Positions 1-13,412 of a stretch of DNA of 64,000 bases are shown piece by piece (the stretch's first letter is position 1; every line of letters begins with the position of its first letter). The DNA comes from Chrysomallon squamiferum (taxonomy: Eukaryota; Animalia; Mollusca). The notes beneath the pieces are model-generated. The model did not search any database. It was not told the DNA's origin and saw only the letters and a list, made by a program, of their open reading frames with translations. Location: positions 15,748,001 to 15,812,000 of the forward strand of contig CM022674.1 in the NCBI GenBank assembly GCA_012295275.1. Direction: 5' to 3'. Made by a program: the position numbers and the translations under genes.

Positions 1-989
1 ATTATTAACATGTATTTTATAATACCATTAGTTTATCAGTGGCTGTGTTATAATATCTGTATGTATTTATAACATTTTAAACAAAACAACCCAAAAACCC
101 CAATTTTGTTTAAATAAAATATTTCTGTCACATGCAAGATTTATATTACCAAAGATGTTTATAATTACGTGTGATAATTTTGAGTGTACTGGAAATAAGA
201 TTATTTTGCTGTCATTTGTTGCAATGTTCTGCAAGAATTCATTGAAAGAAATCAGTGTAATCAGTGAATGGAGTTACATTGAAAATGTTCTTTAGAAAAT
301 TACTTCATGTGAATCCACATTTTGTGTACAAGGTCTGTGTGTGTATGCGTGTGTGTGTGCTTTGATGTGTCTATATATATATGTATATATGTTTTTATGT
401 ATGTGTGTGTGTCTGTATATGTGTGTATATGTATCCTTTAGTGCCTATATATATATATATATATATATATATGTTTGTAAATATACATGTGTGCCAATAC
501 TTGTGCATATCTATGTGTGTTTGCCTTCACAAATACCTTGTATCCATGATTCCAGATACCTATCAATATAATATATTCCAAAAAATCCCACCATATATAT
601 ATATATAATTTATTTTTGAAGAATAACTTTACACCTGTTATTAAACCTGTTTTTGAATATGTTAACACAACTCTTTCTCATTTCTTTATATTTACAATTA
701 TGTATACAAAATCCCACTTAAATTATTATTTTATTGACTTGTATTGTGTTAATCTTTTCTGTATATGCTCATAAATACACACACATACAAGCATACAGAC
801 ATACATACATACTGCTGTTACTAAAATGTCCTGAAAATGAAGAAAATTGTAATACATTTTTATTTGTCTTTTTTCAATTAATTGATCATTCATAATTTGT
901 TATATTTTACATTTGAATATTCAGAAAAAAGAAAACAAATATGTAATAAATATTTAGCTTTTCCCCATTCCTAATACACTGTTACAATA

Positions 990-1100
990 GTTACTTTAAT
1001 TTGCATATTCATAATATATTAGCTTAATACTTTAGTTTGTATATTCATAATATATTAGCATAATACTTTAATTTGCATATTCATAATATTTTAGTGTAAC
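990..1100. repeat. Short ~33-bp tandem repeat (about 3 copies)
   Basis: Unit AATACTTTAATTTGCATATTCATAATATATTAGC repeated with small changes. Confidence 0.7.
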
Positions 1101-2289
1101 AATTGCTTTTACTTCCCTATTCATGACAGATTACTGTTACAATATTTTTACATTAGCAGATTCATAACACATTATTAAACCACGAAAGGGAAATAACTGA
1201 ACTGTGATAAAACTAGATGAAATCCAGGCTTTGTGTTTAGCCGTAAAACAGTCATTGTGAGTGTTCAGCTTATTCCTAATTTGTTATGATAATTATTATT
1301 TTACATTTTCGTATTGAAAATAATTATGATTTAACAATTATTTTACATACATGCATTTTAAATTAAATGTAATTTGTATTCTACATTTTAAATTAAATTT
1401 GTTATTATAATTAGTATTTCATATTTGCTTATTAATAATTATTATGTTTAATGATTATTAATTTTAATTTAAATGTTTGCAATTAATTATCAGTGACATT
1501 AACTTCTAAATTTACTCAAATAGGTTGCCCAGTACAGGCATGATTGAATATTGAGAATGAAAAATCATTCCAAACTTTGCTCATTATCCTTTTAATAATT
1601 TGTAAAATATCTTCGATTTGTTTGTTAACCATTTTTTAAATAAATCTGTGGTAAATCAGTTAATAATCATGATTTTTGTGAATAAAAACACTTTTTAACT
1701 TTTGAATCTATTGTCACTTGTGTTTATTAATAACCAATAGAAAGAAAGTGAAACTAGTGTAAGAAAAATATTTATTCACAATAGTTGTGAGTTTATTTCA
1801 AACACAGAGTGAATATACAACGTTTTCTGTGAATTCAGTGTAAAAAATACAACAGCTATATATATGTGTGTATGTGTCTACATATATATATATGCAATAT
1901 ACACACAGACACACACATTTACTATAATAACACATTTACTTTTCTTCCTACTATTGTGCCCGTTTGTTCATTCCACTTAAAAGTGTTTTAGTAGATAACA
2001 CGCCATTTTATTTTAAAAAATTTTTTTTTTACTTAGGCCTACTTAATTTAATTCAAAAACCTTTACACACGAGAGAAGTAAAAGTAAATTTAAAATATTT
2101 ATTTCATATCAGTTTTACTTTTGAAGTACAGTAGTTTTATAATTTTATTCAACATTGTTGATAACCCACCCATTATGTTTCTGACTTTATCCTGAAATCA
2201 CCTTTCAGAAAGAAGACACACTCAGAAATCTGACTGACGTTTTAACCAACTCTCAGTGATAATGCATTCAGCTAAACCAGTGACCTAGA

Positions 2290-2588
2290 ACAAACTGCTT
2301 TTTAGAACAAAGTACATAAAGAAGATGAAACGATACCAATTTTATGAAGATTGGCCCAGTAGTTGAGGGTTCAAAGGTTGGTGATTACACCCATTTTTGC
2401 GAAAAATCTCAAAATTCGGTGGGCCATATCTCCTACACCACTGGTCAGATTGGGCTAAAATTTCAGATTTGGTGCTGTGAGATCCCAGCCAACAAGTATG
2501 TCAAGTTTCATAAAAATATCAGACGGTCGGGTTTAAATTATTTTCTTGTTTATTTTGGGGGGGGTGGTGATTTGACATGGAATGACCC
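2290..2588. mobile_element. Probable one-ended DNA-transposon/MITE remnant
   Basis: Locally GC-richer block ending GATTTGACATGGAATGACCC then TTAT, which resembles a terminal inverted repeat (GGGTCATTCCATGTCAAATC on the other strand). I did not see a partner end in the window. Confidence 0.4.
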
Positions 2589-5500
2589 TTATATTTTGTT
2601 TTTTCTATAAGTCCTTGATCCCTCTCTGTAGATTCTATAAGTATACGAAGTGTAATTTGTGTTTATTATCGAGAAAAAATGATAATGTAATGCCAGGTCT
2701 CTGTATGTCTGGTACAAATAATTTTATTACTCCAGTCATTTCGGATGTACAATGACTATACTTAATCAGTCAAGTAGTCACCATAATCTTATAAATTGTT
2801 ATTGTCTTTCTGTCAATCGATCTCTCTATCTATCTATATGCATATAAAAACACACTCACACATACATACCCACATATATTAATAATATTGTAGTGACAAC
2901 TTCATACAAATTCACAGACACACACACACACAGACACACACACACAAGCGAAACACCAGGTTGCTGTCTTTAGATATCTGCAAAGATAAAAATGCTAAAC
3001 TGCACTGAGGCTAAAGCAGGATAAATCAGATATGGTAAGACAGTAATCAGTTATTTTATTTTATGTGCAATCCTAAATATCACAACATTTTTTATTTTGT
3101 TTTCATTGTTAGTTCTCGCTTTAAATAACTACAATTTATTGTTTTATGAAGTGAAAACTGTTTTAAATAATAGTTTTCTAAGACCTGAACGAGCAGCAAC
3201 TGTGAACGCTGTATGTAAATACATAATTTGTCAAAGTAAACACACATCTTTCATGAAAAGCAACATTTTGGGGGTATGTGCCTAAAAATAAATTTATGAA
3301 AGTAATCACATCTTGCCTATATGTACTTTAAAAAGTATTTATAATGCTGACAGTGGTGCTCAACTAAACTTGGTGTTATAATGGGTTGGGTGAAAAAAAT
3401 GGACACCAGTGTTTTGCCCGCTCAGTAGTCATAGAGAACAACAAAACAGTACACTGAGTTATGAACATGTTTAATTTTAGTGTTTCTTAACCAAGCATTA
3501 ACAAATTGAATACCAACAACAGTAATAATAATAATTGTATTTCACACACCTGTAGTTTACCTTTCTATGTCTTAATTAAATTGTAATCCCACATACATGT
3601 ACAAAAACTAGATGACCCTGTAGTAAAACACTAGACACAAGTGAATTGTCTTTCTACATTGCTATTTGGATTTTCTCCTATCTAGGTATCTGGATTTTTT
3701 GGCGCAAAAAGATGAAATTATTTTATCAGGAAAATTAAATGTAACAACAATTTTATACAAAAAAACCAAAAAACTTTCAAGATTTCATCCTGTCTCAGTT
3801 CTTAAGAGTTTGGATTTTGTTGTTGTTTGGTTGTTTTAGAAAATAATTTATATTTTATTATTTTTTATTTTTTGTTATTGTATTAAATTTATTTTATTTT
3901 ATTTTCTAAATGAAAATTAGCACATATTTTAATAATTTGAAAACGTATATATGTTTTGTATTATTCTACTGGCAGGACTGAAAAGTTATATGATCAGTTA
4001 CAACAACTGGTTTAACATACAACAGCAAGAATCTAAAAATGGGATACATTGAACTATAAATAAGTAATTGTTTTGAGCGTAATATATCGATGTACATAGG
4101 TATTTCTGCAGTGAGTGTTAAACAACAGCAAATGGAAGCGATGAGTAATTCAGTAAATTATTTATAAAAGAGAATTCATCTCTGTATCTGTGGTTAATCT
4201 TAAATTTATGTCCTCAAATGACAGCAGATATTCACTCAATGTTTTATTAAGAATTTTTGTTATCACCATGCTCATCTATGAAATGGTTATACATCCGCTT
4301 TTGGATGTCAAACTTGAGAAATCATCTGTTTTCAGTCAGAACAGAGGCAGAGTTGATATCTCAACAACTTCTGTACAGATAAAACTATAATGTGACTGAA
4401 ACAAATCTAGTATATTACAAATACACTAGTAAATAGAGCTGATCTATTTTTTTAAAAGTTTGAGGTTTTATTGTATTACATTTGATTCATAACATTTTAT
4501 TTTGTAAATTAACCAGATCCATGTACATTGATAATAAATAAATAAATAAATAAAATTCTATTATAAGCATCAGTTTCAAGTGTGTTAATGATTTTTGATA
4601 CTGATTTTTGAAAAAATGGTAGTTATAACATTTATTTTTAATTTGAGTATTTGAGTATTTTGTTCCTCTTGGTGCTTAATTCTTCTTTTATGTTTTTGTT
4701 TTTATTTTTTTATAAATATTTTGGGTAAATGACAACAGTTCTTTCATTGCAATAGTAATAATAATAAAAGAAAGTATTACTTGACAATATTAATTTAAGA
4801 AGAGAGGTAAATCAGTGTGTAAGTTTTGTATTGTTCTATTGACAGGACAGAAGTGTTGTATGGTCAGTTACAGACAACTGGTTTAACATACAGCAGCTAA
4901 TGTCTAAAGATGGATTAAACATAATTATAAGTAAGTAAATGTTATGTTTATTTAAAGTATTTACATTAACATTTAATGTTATAAGTGTGCAATGTACAGT
5001 ACAAGACTGATAAAACTTTAGTTGTCAAAGCCAGTCTTGGGCTAGGTCCAGGTTTTATTAAAAAAGTAACTTTTCATTCTTGTTGTGTAGTTTGTTACTT
5101 ATAATTATTTGTTTAACAGTTTTCAACCTTTACATAAAATAATTTACACTCACTTCAGTAAGCAAATTTCATATTTGTCTCCGATAAATAAAATGAATTT
5201 TTACCTGACTTACCTAATGTTTCCTTTGTTGCCATTTATTTATTTATTTATCTACATTTCAAAAATGAAGTAACAGGACTTACTGAACAGTTTGTAAGTG
5301 GAAACTCTGATCAGTGTTCTTTTTCTTTTTCCAAGATAACAAAATTACTGTCACTTAATTCATTTAAAAAAGAAAATAAGTTGGTATGTTTTCAGTCACT
5401 GAATATTCTTTGCTTTCTTCAAATATTTAATCAGTTTTCAACAAGTATTATGTAATGAAATAACCCCAGTTAGGTAACACTGACTTTAATCCAAACATTT

Positions 5501-5890
5501 TGAAGCATAAAATGTCTGACTTGACGTCGCAGAAAATTAGCAGTGCTTTGTTTTTATATCGTTAAGCCTATATATATATATATATATATATATATAACTG
5601 TGTACTATCTATGCATCTATATATCTGTGTATCTATCTATCTATCTATCTATCCATATAGATAGAGAGAGAGACAGAGATATAACTACATGTCTCAGGCA
5701 GACGTTTAAATATGATGTTTTGATCATCATGTTTGACAGTCAAAATTTAACGGTTCAAGGTATTTGAAATAGTCATAACAAGTTAATGATCAATTTTATC
5801 TGCAAAATCTACAGTAAGCATTAAACAAATACATATTTAATATACAAAATCCAGAGTAAACACTAAAAACAATTAATATTTAATATCCAG

Positions 5891-6447
5891 GGATCAGCTA
5901 GCGAGTGTGTGCTGGTAGCCTTACTCGCCGCCAGACATGCCGCCATCGGCAAAATCAAGAGTCGCCTCCCTTTCATCGAAGATGGAATGTTGTTATCGAG
6001 ACTCGAAGCCTATTCGTCAGCCTATTTTAGGCTCGAAGCCTATTTGATGTGATCTGTCCTTCATTATGTCTCGTTTATGGTTCAGTTTGTTAGTTTATTT
6101 ACTGTATTATCTTTTAGTTTATTTACTTACTGTTTTATCTGTCTTTCAAAACTATTCCTCTGTACTTTTGAATTTCTATCTCTGTCCGTCCATCTCTGTC
6201 TATATTTCTGTGTATCGTTATCAGTACGTCCATCTCTCTGTCTGTATATTAATTTATGAGTGTCAGTCTCTCCATCTGTAGCCTCCTAATCAGTCAGACT
6301 ATTTTGTTCGTTCGTCCGTCTATCGATCTATCTTGATATCTGTTTTCTTGGATTCCACACTTTTACTTACCAGTTTGTTTTCACTAAGACGTTTCGTATT
6401 GAAAACTATGGGATCCACTTTGACACGTTTCAGAACGGGCAATAGAG
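5891..6447 (+). pseudogene. Tyrosine decarboxylase fragment (exon 5 and deleted exon 6), inverted relative to the main copy
   Basis: After atccag, 5891-~6019 reads GSASECVLVALLAARHAAIGKIKSRLPFIEDGMLLSRLEAYSS, matching 49384-49518(-). The following intron matches ~49042-49370 in reverse complement. Exon 6 is reduced to its last codons at 6433-6447. Confidence 0.9.
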
Positions 6448-7875
6448 GTAAACATATGTTAAAAACAATGTCTTTAATGGCACTGAGGGGTTTGCTTTTT
6501 GAAACTTTATTATATTTTTATTTGTTTGTAAATAACGTTTAAAATATGGATATTATTAGCAGGATTAGTGTAAATTACTTACAATATTAATGTTGAATGT
6601 ATTTATAATACCAAAATAAAATATTCATCATATTAACGTAAATTGTTAACATAATACTAATAACTGTCATTTCTGAAATAACTAAAGCTGTAAAGTGTGT
6701 GTGATTTAGTTTTGTTTTCTTTCTCTGCTATATTTTAGATAGCAAAAGAGACGTAACTTAACTGATCTAAATGCAAAAATAACAACGTTTGAGTCTGTAC
6801 ACATTTGGTAGTTTAAATGTGATCTATGGCTACAGTATCATGGACACTTTCAAGTCACAACATACATGTACAGGGGAAAAGACCGCGTGCGTGCGTATAT
6901 GTATGTATCTGTATGTGTGTATGTGTGTGTGTGTGTGTTTCTAAGGTGCAGGCATACATGCGTATGTATGTATGTATGTATTGTTTATCGATATATATCA
7001 ACCTTTAGATCAGTTAAGTTACGTCTTTTTTGCTATCTAAAATATATCAAAAAAAATATAATAGCATTTGATTTAATACAGTGATAGAAGATCATATACA
7101 TAAATCAATAGTTATTGTTTCTGGTTATTTATGCTTCTTTTAAAGAAACAAATTGGTTAGATGAAAAAGTATTTTTTAATCAATTTTCGTATAAGATATC
7201 TATAACGGGAAATAAGCATGTTGTATTTAGCATTTGATATATTTTCCAATTAATATTTGTTGTATGTGAAAATTGCACAAGACTTAAACATTAAACTTCA
7301 TGAAACAGTTAAACTGAGCTGTAATAAACTATTGTTATAAAATAAGAAAAATATAACACTTTTGTAAATTTTATTTGTTGTTTATGAGTAATGAAGATAA
7401 TAGAACATGGTAAAATGAATGCATATAAGAACTATTTCACTGAATTGTTTATTACTAGTATAAATAAAAATAATAACAGCTAAGCGTTTCAACCACTGAT
7501 CTGTCTTTCTGTCTGTCTGTCTGTCTGTCCGTATCTATGTATATTTATTTTTAATCGGTTTGTTTATCGATATATATCAACCTTTAGATCAGTTAAGTTA
7601 CGTCTTTTTTGCTGTCTAAAATATAGCATTTGATTTAATACAGTGGTAGAAGATCATAGACATAAATCAATAGTAATGAGAGAAATATTAAATACAATTA
7701 AAATTTGTTTTTCTTTTTTTAAGCATGGATATCTTTCAAGCACTCTTTTTGCATGACCACGAGTAATATTCATTTTCGTACATAGCTTGCATGTAATTAT
7801 GTTTATTATGTGACTGTCAAGCAGTAATCATTTATATGAGGAAAAGTAACAAAGGAAATGAAATTTGTAAATTTA

Positions 7876-10514
7876 TTTTTTGATCGATCACAGAAGGAAG
7901 ATGAATCACTGAGATGATTCGGTTTTACTGTCTAGAGTGTACAGAAAAAACGCAGTCTCATATTGTTTCCAGGAGAGAATTTGCCAGAACTGTTTCTGAC
8001 TGTCCTATAGTTCAAGAGCCCGTGGCAGGTGCGCAAGTTGATTTTGTTAAATACTGGGTAAGTGGTAACCGAAGATTTCTTACACAGTAACGTTGCTCCA
8101 CTTTGTATACTGAACTCCTTACAAAACAAGGATAGCTCTCGCTTCAGGCTGTCAGCGGACAGGATATTCCCTACTATGAATATATTAACTTAAACATCGA
8201 AGAACAAGGCAATTTAGTTCCTGATAGAGGAATAATGGCTGTGAATAGTCGCAAAAGCCAAGGCGCACGTCTACGGAGGGAACAAGTAGCATGTATATTA
8301 GGGATGAATGTTATTAGCCAATGTGGAGAATTGTTTGCAGAAGACCTTGGTAAGAATGTCTTAAGGAAACTGAATAACAGGTCTGAAAATCAGAGCTGGA
8401 TAAATAGTCTACAGACTGTCCTACAGACGAAAAGTATCTTAGATTCAGTCTGAATACTCTGATGTATTTGCTAAAGATGACCTTGATTTCGGCTTTTCTG
8501 ACACAGTAAGAAATCACATACGCACAAACCTACTGAATAATTTCATCCATTCAGTATCAGGAACTTCAAGAGCACATGAAGAAATATATAAAACAAGATG
8601 TAATTCGATCTAGCGAAAGCCCATATGCATCTCCTGTTGTTATAGTGAGAAAAATGGACAACACAATTCGTTTGTGTATGGACTACAGGCTGCTGAATGC
8701 CAAAACTTGGAAACACTGGTTTCCACTCTTAGAACAGGCATTAGATGCTTTGCATGGAGCAAAACCGTTCACTGTATTGGATATAGCCAATGGATACAAC
8801 CAGGTTGCAGTTCAGGATAAAGACAAGGACAACACAGTTTTCACGACTGCAATGAGTTTGTTTTAATACAGACCAAAACCATTTGGTTTACCAATAGCAC
8901 CAGCCACATTTCAAACTCTCCTGAAACATTACTTCAGAGAGCTGACATGTTAGATGTTACTAGAGTTTCTGTTTGGTATTTTTGTTTATGTAAATTTATT
9001 TGATGTGCACATACAGAGACAAACACGGGTATGTATAATGTTAAAACAGGATGGGTTCAAACTGAAACCAACCAAATTCTGTTTACTTATAAAAGAAATG
9101 AAATATCGAGGACATATGGTATCTAGAGATGGGGTAGCTACATATCCAGACAAAATAAAAGCACTTGCAGAATGGAAAATTCAAAAGACAGCAAAGGACT
9201 TCATGTTGTTTTTCGGGTTTACCAGTTACTATAGACGACATGTTAAAGGATTCTTACATATTGCAAGACCTTTGCATTCTTTGGCGAACAGGTTACGAGA
9301 TAAGAAAAATCAATCATTGTTAAACAGTGCTTGGCATGAGAGTTGTCAACAAGCTTTCGAAACATTAAAGAAGAAAGTTAACTTCAGCTCCAATCAGTGA
9401 ACCTTTTATTCTGAAAACTGATGCATTTTATCAAAGCCCTGGACGGGTAGAGTCAAACGGGAAGAAGGGGCAAAGCAAATTAGCTGCTTATGCAAAGCCG
9501 CTTGTTAAGACCCACTGAGAAGAGGATGAATAATTACAGTTCCATGAACTTAGAGGTCGTTGCTCTGAATTGGGTTGTGAGTGAACAGTTTAAAGAGTAT
9601 CTTCTTGGACTTAAATTTACATATATCCACAGAACAAACCACACAGTCTTTTTAGTACCGTAAAATTAGGAGCAGAGGCGGGTGTCTTAGCTGGCACCAT
9701 TTAATTTCGATGTGAAATATTGTTCAGCGCAGTACAATAAGAATGCCTATGGTCTATACAGGAAGATATTTCAAGGAAAGACGTCTACTTAAATGGAAGC
9801 TGCTTTGACAGATACTGCTACTCATAAGGAAGTTCTACAAACAATCAGAAAAGTTTTCCAGAGTGATGGAAGAAAAGTCACTTAGGCAACTGTCATTGTT
9901 GAACAGTTTAATGAAATTATGGAAGTTACAACATCATTTCACAGCTTATTGATGATCTTTTATAGCTGAGGAACAGAAACCTCCAGGACAGGAAAAAAGA
10001 GTCAAGACCACTGAGAAGTTAAATGTACAGAGTCACTGAAATGCTGGATCACCATGGAAGGATAGAAAAAGGTGCTTTTGATTGGGGTTGAACATCAGTC
10101 AGACAATACCAGAAATAACCATCATCGAGTGAGGATGATGATCCAAATCAATTGTTGGCAAATAATATAACAGCACCATATCATGCACAAAACGTTCTGT
10201 ATGTCAGTGTACAACAAAACATACAAATAGAAATCAACATAAAATGAAAACGTGCAGGTCAAATATGAGAAATTTGTTTTATTTACATAATGATGATGTT
10301 TTGATCAGACTTAGTGTTACATTAACGTTGCAGAAAATTAAAAACGTAAGTAGTGTTTTGAGTCTCAAAAATACCTAATAACATGGAATTCCAACTCGAT
10401 AAGTGTAATAGATTAAGACAGCAACGAGTCTAGCTCATCTGTCATTTATCTTCAAAGAGCCGACTGCTATGCTCATGGCAATGACTGAAATGATATCTAC
10501 TTCAAACACAAGTA

Positions 10515-10545
<31 letters not shown>

Positions 10546-10561
10546 TTTCTTTTTTCTATCT

Positions 10562-10593
<32 letters not shown>

Positions 10594-10935
10594 TTTTTTT
10601 TTTTTGTTATGATATTTGTAAATTATAATTTATAACATATTTTCTCTTTGTTTAGATTGAAAGAACTTGGAAAATTCCTCAGAGAGACGTCGGACATTAA
10701 TATATGGGAAACACTGTCACTGAGGCTGTTTTAAGGAACAGTAATGGTATGCCAGTATTGGTCAGGTGTGTGGGATGTTACCTGTGTGACTGGAGTGGAG
10801 GAGAGTTCAAGAAAGAAGAGAGAATATCTGGCAAGAGAGAAAGACGTTTTGGCCAATTCTCTGCATTACAATTACGATACTATCATCTATAAGGATCTAC
10901 AATAATTGTCTATCATGTACACTCCTCAAGAGACA
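7876..10935 (+). mobile_element. Degenerate Ty3/Gypsy LTR retrotransposon, copy 1 (protease-RT-RNase H remnants, possible 3' LTR)
   Basis: Protease-like LLNTG near 8043. RT motifs SPYASPVVIVRK..IRLCMDYRLLN and FTVLDIANGYNQV (ORF 8576-8866). LKPTKF..KYRGHMVSRDGV..DKIKAL..W and FFGFTSYYRRHV (ORF 8954-9400). RNase H-like FILKTDA near 9405. Many stops and frameshifts. Purine-rich run then TGTC...GACA at 10715-10935 is a tentative LTR. Confidence 0.9.
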
Positions 10936-11009
10936 TTAAATATGCAATCGAGATCGTACTTGTATAGCTTTTGTGTTAGTATGCATAACGATGACGATGA
11001 TGATGGTGA

Positions 11010-11053
<44 letters not shown>

Positions 11054-11759
11054 CTACTAGTAGTAGAAGTTCTGGTAAAAATGATTATAATAACACTGAT
11101 GATAACGACGACGATGATGGTGAAGACGAAAAATAAGAAGAAATAAACAAGAAATATGAAAACAAAATGAGCAATATAAAACCAGCAGCAATATAACTGC
11201 ACGAATAAATAAGTCTTCAGTATTTTAATTTAATTATAAAGCTAAAATGCCAATTACAGAAATATTAAGCTGTGTGCTGTGACTATTAGCTGCATGTGAC
11301 AATCTAAAAAAAATAAAATAAACTAAATACAATATTTTCATTATTTTATAGTACGTATTCTTTGTGTATGTATAGGTAGTTTTGTGTATATGCGTCTGTT
11401 TGTCTCTATCCATCTACCTACCTACCTATCTATCTGTGTGTCTGCCTGTCTATCTTCACGTATAAACTGTCTGTCTGTGCACACTATATGTTTGTACATA
11501 TATATTATTTCATTACGTTATTGTCTCTTTCTCTTTCTGTATGTATATACTCAATTTAATTGTAACTATAGGTATGTATATATAAATGTATTGGTGTATT
11601 ATTATTTGTATGATACCTACGTAATTCAATCTCTCTCTTTCACTCCCTACACATTCATCAAAAGTGTAAGTTAAAATACTAATTTATTCTGACAATAAAC
11701 TAAATATATTCAGTACACACACTTCACTGCTCATCTACATAAGGCGTAGTTGTGTAATC

Positions 11760-11904
11760 AGATACCGCAGATATGTTACAATGAAATCATGTCATGGAAA
11801 GTTGACAAAAGATGAAAAAGGTGAAATATTTATATATAATTATTGTAGGTTTTTAACACATAGTGTTGTCGTCGTCGTCGTTGTTGTTGTTTTTATTATT
11901 ATTT

Positions 11905-11963
<59 letters not shown>

Positions 11964-13412
11964 GATGTTGTTGTTGTTGTCTACTTTTAGCTCGATGATA
12001 TTACCGATGACGATGGTGATGATGATAATGATAACAATAAACTAATATAATATTCACCATCAACATACACATAATATGTATAACCATTCATTTAGAAAGA
12101 GATGCACACATATCCATCCATCCATACATACATGCATGGAAACATACATACATACTGGGATACGTGAATACTCTTTTTTTTTTTTTTTTTTTTTTTTCGT
12201 CTCGATAGCGGAACGGTAACATCATCCACCTTCCGAGTACGGGCGAATGGGTGTCATACGTTCAAGTTTCCTCAGCGGCATGTGACGGAGTTTGTGAGGT
12301 CGTGACCGGACTTTGTTTCCTGAGCCAGTGCGTAACTGAATATTGTCTATGTGCAGAGTCTAATCAGATGTACATAAGACAGAAAATATTCAAATTCTTA
12401 AATACCTACATGCATACATTCACGTACTAACATAAATCATATGTAAATGCATGGACACATTTATAAATATATATTCTTTTCTAATTGAACACAGATGTTA
12501 ACATTTCAAAGCTGAAGTTTTTGCAGACAAAATATAAACAGAATAATAAAAACAACTTACGATGCACGGAAGATGGATGCAACAGGCCTGTTTCTTCGTT
12601 ATGTATCTTAGCTCATTAGAAAAGTGAATTATAACATAAATAATATCAACACTAATAGCAACAGCAGTAGCACCAACAACAGTTGTAACAGAAATAAATA
12701 AATAATTCAGTTAGAAATTTGTATCACTATGTTTCTTTTACTAAATTTATATATATTTATATATATATACATTGCATAATTAGTGCGCCACGTGTATTTT
12801 TCAACTGTACATTCATTTGCTATAAAGAATCATCTCTAAATAAACAAACAAACCAAACCAAGTAAATAACAAGAACAGCAGCAACAACAACAGCTATAAA
12901 AGCAATAAATAAATAATTCAGATACATGTATGTGTGTATGTATGTATATATATATATATATATATATCTGATATATTTGACGCACCATGTCTATTTTTTA
13001 AAGTAGCATCTTTAAATAGACAGATAAATAAACAAATACATAAATAAATAAATAAATTAATTAATTAATATAACAGATGATATACAATTGTTTCTTGTTA
13101 GCATGCAAGCCGCAAATGCCATAGCCGGAAGTTGCGACTCGTTTGTCATGATTTGGAACCTGACGCGCACACACCGGAAGAATGCGTTGCAAAAACAAAG
13201 AATGGTTGTCAACAACAAATGAAAGTAGAAACTTCTAACAGATCAGGTGAACTGATTTTCTGATGATATTAGTAAGACAGGATACGTGTGTGTTTATTAT
13301 GCTGGTTGATGATATTACAAGAAAATCATGGTAAGAATAATCTGAAATCATGTACGTGCACACATTATTATTATTATTATTTTACGCCCTCTGAACAAGA
13401 AGGATCTGACCG
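11760..13412 (+). pseudogene. Degenerate N-terminal exons (CCCH-like and WWE-like) of a PARP12/ZC3HAV1-like gene
   Basis: Direct duplicate of 54720-56708, which runs on into WWE and PARP catalytic exons. IPQICYN..HGK..K..K..YLY resembles PARP12 CCCH fingers. WL..LQENHGK near 13303 resembles a WWE start. Several segments have polypyrimidine-AG acceptors (12208, 12494, 13100). Confidence 0.5.

Noticed and set aside
341-668. Short ORFs with YI/CV/ER/LS/poly-I/poly-N runs here and throughout the window
   Set aside because: They are translations of (TA)n, (TG)n, (AG)n, (ATT)n and (TATC)n microsatellites, with no coding signal.
10704-10892. 62-aa ORF conserved with 53533-53721
   Set aside because: It lies in the putative Gypsy LTR within a recent duplication, so the similarity is not evidence of selection.
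12199-12370. T-box domain (HTFKFPQ..TEFV) or structured ncRNA in the thrice-repeated segment
   Set aside because: The following VTAYQN and NPFAKGF motifs are absent. The three copies are explained by segmental and local duplication within the PARP-like gene.
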